Below, piece after piece: positions 32,107-44,710 of a DNA stretch of 64,000 bases (its first letter is position 1; the number at the start of each line of letters is the position of its first letter). This stretch comes from Octopus vulgaris (lineage: Eukaryota), in NCBI GenBank assembly GCA_951406725.2, contig OX597838.1:19964001-20028000 (forward strand), in the 5' to 3' direction. The position numbers and the translations under genes are program-made. Below the pieces are notes generated by a model. That model searched no databases. It was given only the letters and a program-made list of their open reading frames with translations, and had not been told where the DNA came from.

Positions 32107-35100
32107 CATATACGAACAAAACGTGAGAAGGTGAAATTCACATGCAAAATATATTGCATCGTGCCATAAATAATGCAGTTTTTTCAATTGCATGAACTAA
32201 AAGTTGGAGGAGAACAGGATAAACTACCTGCATCAACTTGCTATAAAAGATGGTAGTAATTTTACCTTGTGTTTATTCTTAGTGTTGGTTTTGAAGAGTG
32301 CAGTTCGATTTTAATAGTTATTTTTTCAAAGCTATAATGGAAGTGACAAAGGAGCACCTACCACCACTACCAACTACCACTTGTGTCATCTCTTGTGAAA
32401 GGTAGGAGAGTCCAGTTTGCTGGACATTGTTGTAGAGCTGAAAAAGAGGTAATTTCTACTCTTCTCCTCTGGAAGCCATCTACTCGCAATACCAGAGGGC
32501 ACACACTCTCCTACCCTGATGTAATCTCCAGGGATACAGGCATCCAGCAACAGGACCTCCGTAATGCCACGATGGACCGTGAAGTCTGGCGTAGCATGGT
32601 AAATTCCATTGTCTCGACCACGGTCGAACAATGATGATGATGATATTTTACGTGTGAGGAATGTTAATGCAGTATATGGGGATTGAATAATAAGTGTAAA
32701 CCAGTGTCAATGGTGGTTCCAGAAATTTCCAGCCGGAAACAACAGCCTAGAAGTCGAGCCTCATCCTAGAAGATCTGTAGAGCTCAACAAGGTTGTCCTG
32801 CAAATCCTAGGGGAACAAAATCATATTGTAACTGTTGAGGAATTAGCAGAGAATCTTGGATTTGGTCATTCAACCATTCATCAACACCTGCGTGGCATCA
32901 GATAGGTCAGCAAATTGGGTCGTTGGGTTCCTCACAAACTTTCCAAGTCTAATTGTGTGCAGAGAGTGTTTGTGCGCTCTTCTTTGCTGTCACATCTCAC
33001 AAATGAACCTTTTTTGGACCGAATAGTGACCAGTGGCGAGAAAGGATCTTTAGTCGAACAAATTGACCCCAGGACTATTTTTTAAAGCCTAGTACTTATT
33101 GTATTGGTTTCTTTTGGTGAACCGCTAAGTTATGAGGATGTAAACACACCAGCACTGGTTGTCAAGTGGTGGTGGGGGACACACAGAGACACAAAGACAC
33201 ATAAATACACACACACACACACATATGGTGGGGTTTTTTTCAGTTTCCAACTACCAAATGCACTTCTATTTTTCACGTGCTGCTGGCAGAAGTGCCAGTA
33301 AGGTGCAGTTAATGGTAAATGTCAATAATATGGTGTAGAGTTGTTAATCTGGAGCAGGGATTCCCAAAATGTGCTCTGCTAAACCCCAGGCTTCCATGAA
33401 AGTTTTTAAAGGATTCTGTAGCTAAACGTTTGGGAACCACTGATCTAGTAATCAACTAAATGCTTTTAGGCTTACCAAAGTCATGCCTTTGTACGAATTC
33501 ATACAGTGGTGTTTGCTGCTGTTTGTCAATAGAGCTGTCTGTGAAACATCTTTCTCACCATGAAAACAGATGAGCATATGACACGTGTGTTTATAGTATT
33601 TGGAGATGAGAAAAATATAAAGGTCTCATGGGAACCACTGATCTAACAATTAATTGAATGTTTTTAGGCTTATCAAAGTCATGTTTTTGTTCGAATTTAG
33701 ACAGTGACGTCTGCCAGTGTTCACCAATAGTGCTGTCCATGAAACATGTTTCTAATTATGTAAACAAGTGTATGACGTAAGTGTTTATTGTGCTTCAAGA
33801 TGTATGCAGGCTTGCAGCATATCCTGTGCATACATTTTAGTAATGGTAATGTAGCATCCATCAACAGATGTGTAGTGCTCACTATTGAATGGTGCTTTAA
33901 ACTATATAAGAACCAGGCATTCCATTATAAGCATCAAGCATTCTCCCTATAGAGAAGGCTACAGTAAAGTAGTCACACAATTTTGTAACAATGTTATTTC
34001 TATGTACAGGATAATACGGTACCTTGGCCCACAAATGTTGTCCCATTGTTTGTGAAATACTAGGGTTAACTTTTATACAGGGTCTATGGAAAATTCTCAA
34101 TTTTTTGGCCCAAAATAGGGGTTGACTTTTACATGAGATCGACTATTACTCAAGTGTATATATATATATACATATATATTTATCATCATCATCATCATCG
34201 TTTAACGTCCGTTTTCCATGCTAGCATGGGTTGGACGGTTCGACCGGGGTCTGGGAAGCCAAGAGGCTGCACCAGGCTCCAGTCTGATCTGGCAGTGCTT
34301 CTACAGCTGGATGCCCTTCCTAACGCCAACCACCCTGTGAGTATAGTGGGTGCTTTTTACGTGCTATATATATATATATATAGCATATTCTTTTATTCTT
34401 TCGGTTATTTGACTGCAGCCATGCTGGAGCACCACCTTAAAGGGAATTAGTCAATGAAATCAACCCCAGGACTTATTCTTTGTCAGCCTAGTACTTATTC
34501 TATTGGTCTCTTTTGCCAACCTACTAAGTTACAGAGATGTAAACACACCAGCATCGGTTGTTAAGCTATGGCTAGGGGGACAAACACATATACAAACATA
34601 CATACACATATATATATATATATATATATACGACAGGCTTCTTTCAGCTTTCGTCTACCAAATCCACGCACAAGGCTTTGGTTAGCGCAAGGCTATGGTA
34701 GAAGATACTTGCCCAAGATGCCACGCAATGAAACTGAACCTGGAACCATGTGGTTGGGAAGCAAGTTTCTTACCACACAGCCATGTCTGCACCTATATAT
34801 AATATATATATATACACATAAATAAAAATAAATGGGCCTGGTTTCAATGGCATATGTGTTTCCCAGCTGGACGGGACACCAGTCCATCATAGCATTACTC
34901 ATTTTTGCCAGCTGAGTGGACTGGAGCAACGTGAAATGAAGTGTTTTGCTCAAGAACACAATGCGTCGCCCGGTCCAGGAATTGAAACCACAATCTTACA
35001 ATCATGATGCTGACACCCTAATCACTAAGCCACGCGCCTCCACTATATATACATATATGCATATATAAAATATATATGCACTGTAAAGTTCAACACAACC

Positions 35101-38100
35101 AAAATTTTGAGCTAAGTAGTACAGCCCACATCTCACTCCTGGTTAGGGTTGATGGTGGTGGTAGTGGTGGGGTAACATGAAACCACCAGATGACTACTGT
35201 ATGGAATATGAACTACATAACAGTGTTAACGAAATACAGATAATATATTTGGTATTTTCTGCTTTATAAAACACTTGGCTTTTCAACTGATAGGATTACG
35301 CACAGTCAGTCGTTTGTTGAAAACTATACAATCTTATCAAAATATCTCTTGAGTGTTTAGAAGAAAATACCATAACCAACTTGGCCTTTTGTCCTTTTGA
35401 GCTTAATAGATTAAGTAGCAGTGAAGCATTGGTGTCGATGTAATTGACTAACCCCTCCCACCTAATTTCAGGCTTTGTACTTATAGTAGTGAGGATTGGC
35501 TCTGTTTTTCTCCCATCTGTATCACTAAACTTATGTATGTACCTAGGCAGGTTGATAGGTAAAGAGGAGAGGAAGAGACTCTCATTGTGTGTGTGTGTGT
35601 TTGTTTATAATAAAAACATGCAGGAACATGTTGAAAACATCTTTAATTTTATTTATTACTCTTTACTCTTTTACTCTTTTACATGTTTCAGTCATATGAC
35701 TGCGGCCATGCTGGAGCACCGCCTTTAGTCGAGCAACTCGACCCCGGGACTTATTCTTTGTAAGCCCAGTACTTATTCTATCGGTCTCTTTTACCGAACC
35801 GCTAAGTGACGGGGACGTAAACACACCAGCATCAGTTGTCAAGCAATGTTAGGGGCACAAACACAGACACACAAACACAGACACATACATATATATATAT
35901 ACATATATACGACAGGCTTCTTTCAGTTTCCGTCTACCAAACCCACTCACAAGGCTTTGGTCGGCCCGGGGCTATAGCAGAAGACACTTGCCCAAGATGC
36001 CACGCAGTGGGACTGAAACCGGAACCATGTGGTTGGTTAGCAAGCTACTTACCACACAGCCACTCCTGATCTATTGTTATCATTGATCTTTTTTTTTCTT
36101 GTTTCAGTCATTAGACTGCAGCCATGCTGGGGCACTGCCTTGAAGAATCTTTTAGTTGAATGCATTGGCCCTAATACTTAATTTATTATTGCTACGTTCT
36201 GAGTTCAAATTCCGCCGAGGTCGACTTTGCCTTTCATCTTTTCGGGGTCGATTAAATAAGTACCAGTTATGCACTGGGGTCGATATAATCGACCTAATCC
36301 CTTTGTCTGTCCTTGTTTGTCCCCTCTGTGTATAGCCCCTTGTGGGCAGTAAAGAAATTATTATTATCATTATTATTATTATTTTGCTAAGTTGCGGGGA
36401 CGTAAATACACCAGCACCGGTTGTCAAGCAGTGGTGATCTTTTATCTTTCACTTATTTCTGTCATTGCACTGCGGCCATCCTGGAGTACCGTCTTGAAGA
36501 ATTTCTAATCAAATGAATTGATCCTAGTACTTAATTTTTTAATTTTTTTTAATTTTTTGCTAAGTTGCGGGGACGTAAACACACCAACACCGGTTGTCAA
36601 GCAGTAGCGGGGAACAAACACAGACACAAAGGCATACACATAGAAATACACATACGAAGGACTTCTTCCAGTTTCCAGTTCTTTGGTCGGTTCGAGGCCA
36701 TAGTAGAAGACACTTGCCGAAGGTGCCTTGCAGTGGGAGTGAACCCGAGAGCGTGGGGTTGAGTAGGAAGCTTCTTACCACACAGCCACACTAAAATATT
36801 TCATGCACAAAATATTTTCCCCTTGTTATTTAGGATTTGCCCCTTCTTTATTTACATTCAAAACAAAATCAACTGAAATGAAAAACCGGACTGACAGAGT
36901 GTTTTCTAAAATTCACCGCTGCCTTTGTTTAACCACAGGTCAGCACCGATCCAGCAGCTGGACGGATTGTAAAAGACATTTTTGCCGTGACTGTCCTATA
37001 TTTTGTTAATACAAAGTATATCCAGGGCAACATTATTCAAGGAGGCACCTCCCTTCTTTGTATAAGATAATAGGGTGTAAATTTGAAGATCTGCTGCTAT
37101 TTCTGCTGTAGATGAAAAAAAAAAAAAACCGCTGTTGATTGTTGTTATTTTGTCCCTAGTCAAATTTATGATCAAAAGAATCCCTCACATAAAGAAATGT
37201 ATCTTCTTTGTCGAGTTCACTGGATGGTAGTGAAAAATTTGGTAGAAAAGGATCGTGACATGAAAGCGTCTTTTTTGACACCACCTTGTCTTCCACTAGC
37301 AATGTGTCCTTTTTTATTTTTCTAATCCTTAACACGGTAGGATATGATTTGAGGAATAGATGGTTGTTATTTCTAACAGATAGAGCCACCACATAGAAGC
37401 AATTCCTTTCCTCTATCGGCTTTTAACACACATACTTCTGCATAACACGCCCTGTTTCGGCGAACGTGGAAGCCGCATATGTGGTTGCTCAACTTGCTAA
37501 AAATAGCAGCCAGATTCCCGTGCTGGCTAAGAAACAATACCAAAGACAGATCGGACAACGTAGTCCCAAATACCTTTAGCAAGACAGTGTGGTCATGACT
37601 GGAATATCTTTGATCATAGGCCTGCTCTATTAGTTCTGATCTGGGTCTGTACAACACTCGTTTTTTCTAGAATTTCGACAACATTTTTATTGTGAACAAG
37701 CAGTAAAAGTTAGTCACTGCTACCGCTGCTACTACTAGTACTAATACTTGAGCTAACAAGGCGAGCCCCTATATGGTTGCTCCATCGGGTAGGTATACCC
37801 TACTGTATTATAAAAATAAAGGGCACGTAGAATGATGCGGTCGTGGGATCCTTGCACACAGAAAAAGAAGAGATGGTGCTGCCAACTGGAATGTCTTTGA
37901 TGATGCCTGTTTAACCATGGTTGACCTAGGGCTAAACAACCACTGCTACTACTGTGATTTTTCGATGTACTCCGGATAGCATTAAAAAAATTCTTCAAAT
38001 ACGTACTCTCTTAATTAAAGGGAAATTACATTAAATAATTTTTCGTTTTTGGATTTGGTTTGCAAGATTCTTTATATGAGTTCGTGTGTTGAAGCATATT

Positions 38101-41100
38101 CTGTTGTGTCTGGGGAGAGTCATTTTCTTTTTGTGCCTTATAATGTAACACACTCACCGGTAAAATTTCCATTTCTTATTTCCTATTTTCCTAAAATTTT
38201 CGTTGCGTCTTGCAACCTTTTCAATAGTCAAAAGGTTGCAAGACGCAACGAAAATTTTACCGGTGAGTGTGTTACATTATAAGGCACAAAAAGAAAATTA
38301 CTTTACCCAGACATAACAGTACATTAAATAATGTAATCCTAGATGCACTATCTCTGAATAAAACAAGATGATGACGACTCTAATACCCCTTGATCACAGG
38401 TCTATTGGATCATGACGGACTTGAAAAAAGATACATTAATGTAATCTAGAAGCGTTGTCGGAATAAAAGATGGTATGATCACAGGTGTTAAATCTTTGAT
38501 CTGGAGTCAAACAACAAATAAGAATACACTTGATTCATTGTAGTCCTGGATACACTGTCTAAATAAAAGATATTAATATAAGGTCGTCGTTAGAATGTGT
38601 CTGATCATGTCTGCTACAATAACGTGGTTACCAACCTCTATCCCTTTCGACGCAACGAAACCCCAACGTAAAAGCTGTTTTCTATTTTAGTAACAGGTCG
38701 AAACGAATTCTTAGGTTCTGCTTATATTCTATTTCATGCTGAATTTGTGTAATACTTATACTCGGCATCGGGTAACACCCACTTAGTCATATCATATGTA
38801 CTCGTGTTGCTGGTACGATGTTGATTTCGTTTTAACTTTTTCTTTCGTTCCTAAGGGCTGCTAATTAGCTGAGTTGTTACTGCGCTCGCAGAGGCTAACG
38901 TTAACTTTTTGACAAGGAAGTATATGCTTTGTACCACATGTGATATGTAGGACATATTTTCCTGGTGTCCATACATCATACACATTTTTTTTTTCGACTA
39001 CTGGAGTAACTTGAGACTTGTGAGGGCGCGTGGCTTAGTGGTTAGGGCATTCGGCTCATGATCGTAAGATTGTGAGTTCGATTCCCGGCGACGCGTTGTG
39101 TCCTTGAGCAAGACACTTTATTTCACGTTGCTCCAGTCCACTCAGCTGGCAAAAATGAGTTGTACTTGTATTTCAAAGGGTCAGCCTTGTCACTCTCTGT
39201 GTCACGCTGATTATCCCCGAGAACTACGTTAAGGGTACACGTGTCTGTGGAATGCTCAGCCATTTGCACGTTAATTTCACGAGCAAGCTGTTCCGTTGAT
39301 CGTATCAGCTGGGACCCTCGTCGTCGTAACCGGCGGAGTCTTTAAAAACTTGAGACTTACGAACGGAAAGTTTTATATTACACAGAAAGAATGAAATAGG
39401 TGTTATCTATAAGTTTGAAAAACAAATATGAACGTTTAGGACAAACTTATGAAAAATTCTTTGGAGAAGCATAAGGTTAGATTCATCGATAAATAAAGTA
39501 TTAGAAGGTAGGATTGCTGGAGCACACCGGACTGCCATGTATTGTTTGTCCTGTGATATATACCATTCGAATTTAAATGCCACTCCTGTTACAAGTGAAG
39601 AAAAGAAACAGTGGTACTTCTGTCAGTGGTTATATGCAGCGTTTAAATTATAAATTAAAGTTATTTCAAAATTTATATTTTTAGCAGGAAAGTGTGTGCG
39701 CAGTTCTCTTCGGGATTTGGAGATGGAACAGTGGGTCAGAGTATTTCCATTATAATTGGTTCAGAAGTGAGCAGAGGTGTGAATGTAAATCAACAGCCGA
39801 TTTTTCTCCAGAGCGTAGGGATAATATTTGAGGAAATGGGGATAGACTGGGGGTTATAAATAATCGAATCGACGCAGCGTATTGATGGTATTTGATCAAT
39901 ATCCAAGGAGTGGGAAGCGAATTCGGCGAGTTTGTGATCCAAACAAAAGTCGGTGTAACGACGTTCAAATATCTGGTTTCATTTGTTCACCATTGACTTC
40001 CTATTTCCATCCGTATTCGTTTGCTTTACCACACGTGTAAGCGCTTCACCCCCGTATTTTAGGAAGAGGAGAAAAATTTTGATGCACATGCCCCCTCCTA
40101 ATATTGATTTCAAGTTTTGGTACAAGGCCAGCAATTCTGGGGAAGGGGTAAGTCGGTTACGTCGGCCTCAGTGTTCAACTGGTACTTATTTTATCGACCC
40201 CGGCGTATTTTGAATTCAGACCGTAAAAACGGACGAAATGTCGCTAAACATTTTGTCCGACGTGTTAAGGATTCTGTCACCACCTTAATGCCCCTCCTAA
40301 TATTGACTTGAAATTTTGGCACAAGGCCAGCAATTTTAGGGAGTGAATAATACCCCACCTAGTATTAACAACCCATATGGAATGTTGGTGTTACTGTACA
40401 GCATAGGGGCCCTCTACATCTACGTAGACATGCTAAAAATAACAGCCAAATGTCATTCAACTTATGTTTAACCGTCTTTAAAAGCCAGGCAAATTGGATG
40501 ACGTGGCCATACCTATGCACTGACTATGTGTTTCGAACTGTCGTTGCTGGAACGCTTTTGACCATAGTTTTTCTCCATTAGGGTTGACTTCGGACTAAAG
40601 AACAAATGTAGACCCCATTTCATAATTTATTTACCTTTCATTATTAAATGATCACATTCTTTTACTGGTTCCTTATTAAATGATAATATTAAAAATAAAC
40701 TTAATCAGTATTTAATAATAAAACTGAAAAAAAAAAAAAATTACGGAGATTGAGACCAATCATTTAGGGACGGTGGGTTGGCAGATTCGTTAGTATCCAA
40801 CAAAATACCTTGACGTATTTCGTTACGGCCCCTCTAACGTTCTGAGTTCAAATCCAGTCGTGGACATCATTGCTTTATTCATTGTTTTCTGCTTCAGGGA
40901 TCGATAACTTAAGATTTTAGCCAAATACTGGCGCTGATTTGATATTTCTACCGGCAGTATTTGTTCAAACTTTCATAGTTTAAAATCCCGAAAAGGCCAA
41001 TTTCGTTTTCATTCTGCACATATTACATCATTTAGCATATAATCCCTTAATTTACGTATCAAAATTCATGTCATTGATACACTTCACTTATTTCCTCGTT

Positions 41101-41456
41101 TTATTATTTTATAATTATAATAGTAATCATCCACATAAATAAATAATTAGAAATTAACATAACGGCGGGAAATAGCAAACAACCATTACAAAATTGTCGG
41201 TAAATTTACTACGCAGTTATTTCATATCACAATTTGAAATATACTTACGACTTCTTTCAATTTACTTTTTATTATTAAATACTTTCGTCTTTCTTTAAAT
41301 CATAATTAGACCTCAGTTTTTGACTTTTCGACTCGGAAGTGACTCCGAAGTTAACTTATTGTAGTTGATTTCTTCCCTTCTTGGAATGGTCCACCTGAAG
41401 AGGTCAAGGAGTGTTCATATCGTGGCCCAACCAATCCTTCCTCCAAAACTTTGTGA
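31448..41456 (+). CDS. Candidate six-exon gene or pseudogene for an uncharacterised Cys/Trp-rich, possibly secreted protein
   Basis: Phase-consistent GT-AG exons 31448(or 31520)-31571, 31902-31999, 36939-37015, 37160-37226, 39685-39814 and 41365-41456 give one open frame ending ...CECKSTADFSPELDFFPSWNGPPEEVKECSYRGPTNPSSKTL*. CCAAT/TATA lie at 31477-31493 and AATAAA at about 41545. Several donors are weak and the start codon is unresolved. Confidence 0.45.
32383..32644 (+). mobile_element. RTE-type LINE 3' end with (GAT)n tail
   Basis: RRVQFAGHCCRAEKEVISTLLLW...YPDVISRDTG...MDREVWR, followed by tgatgatga. Confidence 0.75.
32650..33045 (+). mobile_element. Mariner transposase N-terminal relic (pseudogenised)
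   Basis: CQWWFQKF...VTVEELAENLGFGHSTIHQHL...KLGRWVPHKL...FLDRIVTSGEK, with internal stops. Confidence 0.85.
38040..38320. mobile_element. Inverted-duplicated Penelope-like short element with a U3-A8 hammerhead-like motif
   Basis: Head-to-head copies of ctgttgtgtctggggagagtcatt...gttgcgtcttgcaacc. Relatives at 12542-12790 and 61453-61640. Confidence 0.65.
39020..39346 (+). mobile_element. Full-length tRNA-derived SINE with 12-bp TSD
   Basis: A box (tggcttagtggttagg) and B box (gagttcgattcc) present; flanked by AACTTGAGACTT at 39008-39019 and 39347-39358. Confidence 0.88.
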
Positions 41457-42377
41457 ACACAAGGAAATTATTTCTATAAGCAGTCTAGATGTGAATAGAA
41501 TTATAAAAAGAAAACAACGCTTAAATTATTGTCGCTGTGTACCTAATAAACAGGGGTTTTATTTCTTTTAATAATTTAAACTTTAGTATTAAATTTATCT
41601 TCAACGCTAATAAAGGCCTTCAATCATAACAGAGAAATAAGTAGTAAGGCACATGCAAAGAATATTCGAAATGTATATTTCTTTACTACCCACAAGGGGC
41701 TAAACATAGCGGGGACAAACAAGGACAGACAAAGGGATTGAGTCGGTTACATCGACCCCCCAGAGCGAAACTGGTACTTTATTTATCGACCCCGAGAGGA
41801 TGAAAGGCAAAGTCGACCTCGGCGGAATTTGAACTCAGAACATAGCGGCAGACGAAATACCTATTTCTTTACTACCCACAAGGGGCTAAACATAGAAGGG
41901 ACAAACAAGGACAGACAAAGGGATTGAGTCGATTACATCGACCCCAGAGCGAAACTGGTACTTTATTTATCGACCCCGAGAGGATGAAAGGCAAAGTCGA
42001 CCTCGGCGGAATTTGAACTCAGAACGTAAAAGATATGAAACAGCTGCCGGCAACTTCCTGTTGTGCGGGTTGCCCATTTCCCGCCATTATTTCTTTTACC
42101 GTAGTGCTGTGTAATTACGAAATAATTACTTCTGCTGTAGGCATAATAAGGCCTGACATTTTGAGGAAGGGTGCCAGTCGATTACATCGTTCCCAGTGCT
42201 CAGCTGGTACTTATTTTATCGACCCCGAAAGGATGAAAGGCAAAGTTGGCCGTGGTGGCATTTGAATTCAGAGGGTAAAGCCGGGAAAAAATGCCGCTGA
42301 AAGGAAAGGATCTTGTGACTGATGTGGGCGAATGACACTGATTAATATAAAGGAGTGTTTCTTTCTTTTCTTTCTTT

Positions 42378-42772
42378 TACTTGTTTCAGTCATTTTGACT
42401 GCGGCCATGCTGGAGCACCGCCTTTTAGTCGAGCAACTCGACCCCGGGACTCATTCTTTTTGTAAGCCCAGTACTTATTCTATCGGTCTCTTTTTGCCGA
42501 ACCGCTAAGTGACGGGGACGTAAACACACCAGCATCGGTTGTCAAGCAATGCTAGGGGAACAAACACAGACACACAAACACACACACATACATATATATA
42601 CATATATACGACAGGCTTCTTTCAGTTTCCGTCTACCAAATCCACTCACAAGGCATTGGTCGGCCCGGGGCTATAGCAGAAGACACTTGCCCAAGATGCC
42701 ACGCAGTGGGACTGAACCCGGAACCATGTAGTTGGTTAGCAAGCTACTTACCACACAGCCACCCCTGCGCCT
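42378..42772 (-). mobile_element. Abundant tRNA-derived SINE with central (TA/CA) microsatellite (representative copy)
   Basis: Head ggcgcaggggtggctgtgtggtaagtagc...ccgggttcagtcccactg; tail ...tgactgaaacaagtaaaag. Other copies at 35680-36068, 43390-43815, 49944-50315 and 63601-63975, plus partial ones. Confidence 0.85.
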
Positions 42773-43552
42773 ATGTATAGAATGAATGAGTTTTTAAAAA
42801 TTAAATCTTTAATATTAAACATTGTTTTAATTTAATTACAATGTTAATAACAATGAATAATTAAACAACAAAGTCAACTTATATTTTAAAGAACAACGAA
42901 AGTCTATGTTCTATAACGAAAGTGAAATACATGACTAAACACGTAATTCGAAGTGCCTTCGGACGGACATATTAAACAGCTGTGTGACCTACATTTGCCG
43001 GCAACTTACTACCTGTTGGACAGCATGCTCTATTTCCCGCCATTATGTTAATTTCTACTTATTTTGGTTCGCATGTATTTATGTAAGGTGCGGTGTAGCC
43101 GAATGGCTAAGAAGTTCGTTTCGTTACACACATAGTTCCGGGTCCGATCCCACGGCGGGACAACAATGGCAGAAATTACTCTTATTTATTTCAGTCACTG
43201 GACCGTGACCATACCGGAGCACTGCCTTGAAGGCTTCAGTCGAACAAATCGACCCCAGTACTTTATTCTATCAGCCGCTTTTTTGCCTAACCGCTTAGTT
43301 AAGGGACATAAACAAACCAAGACCGGTTATCAAGGAGTGATGGTAGACAAATGCAAGCATAAAGAACACGCATATCTATACATACGTACGTTGGTTGTGT
43401 GGTAAGTAGCTTGTTTACCAACCACATGGTTCCGGGTTCAGTCCCACTGCGCGGCACCTTGGGCAAGTGTGTTCTACTATAGCCTCGGGCCGACCAAAGC
43501 CTTGTGAGTGGATTTGGTAGACGGAAACTGAAAGAAGCCCGTCGTATATATG

Positions 43553-43610
<58 letters not shown>

Positions 43611-44371
43611 TGTGTTTGTGTATCTGTGTTTGTACCCTTAGCATTGCTTGACAACCGATGCTGGTGTGTTTATGTCCCCGTCACCTAGTGATTCGACAAA
43701 AGGGACCGATAGAATAAGTACTGGGCTTACAAAGAATAAGTCCCGGGGTCGAGTTGCTCGGTTAAAGGCGGTGCTCCAGCATGGCCGCAGTCAAAATGAC
43801 TGAAACAAGTAAAAGAAAAAAGAATATACATACATACGTACATACACACATGCATACAACAAAAATGATTAAGAACTTCTGATCTAAACATTTTAGAGGT
43901 ATAATTGGCTGTGAGGCTAATATGCTGGACCACTGAACTGTATGTTCATGATAAAACCTCAATGCGCTGTAGCCTACTGAGCAAGGTACATAACTCCGAT
44001 TCCTCCTTGGCTTGATTATCAGAAATCTTCTCATCTAGTTATTACAACTATCACTTTAACACTGCAATACTTAACCTGGAGGAAAATTTGATATTGTAGG
44101 AAACACTTAGGGGATTCCAGTAGGGAAACTGCTTTTTGAGGTTGAAGAATTCTTTATCATTATATGTGAGCTGGTTCAAATTCCACTGATGTTTACTTAG
44201 CCTTACATCCTTTTTGGGGTCAATAAAATGAGTACTGGTTGAGAACTAGGAACAATACAATTAACTTATCCCTCTCCCAAGATCTCAAGCCTTGTGCCTA
44301 TCACAGAAAGGGTTATTATATGCATGGTTTTTGCTCAGATTTATATTCCATAATCTTGATGCAGCACGGAA

Positions 44372-44423
44372 TTTTGTCAGTGAACAGGTCACGGTCTCAA
44401 AGCGACGAAAATATTTTGACAAA
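44372..44423 (+). ncRNA. Hammerhead-ribozyme-like motif with swapped G3-C8 core pair
   Basis: TTTGTCA-GTGAACA-G-GTCAC(GGTCTCAAA)GCGAC-GAAAATATTT-TGACAAA. Stem I is 7 bp, stem II is GTCGC/GCGAC in the 58410-58475 relative, and stem III contains the palindrome AATATT. Confidence 0.55.
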
Positions 44424-44649
44424 TTAAATTTAAATGTTGAAGTGAATCTAACGGTTTTTGTGTGTTTCTTAAATGGCTTATAAACACCTTCCACGCTGCA
44501 ACTGTTTTTGTTCCAGCACACGATCTCAGATCAGGTCACTTGCTATGCAAGTACATCTACAATTTTAAGGTTGTTAATGTTAAATTAATATCAAATTCTG
44601 CTGAGGCCCACTTTGCAGGTAAGGCCTCTTTTGTGTAAAAATATCATAC

Positions 44650-44710
<61 letters not shown>

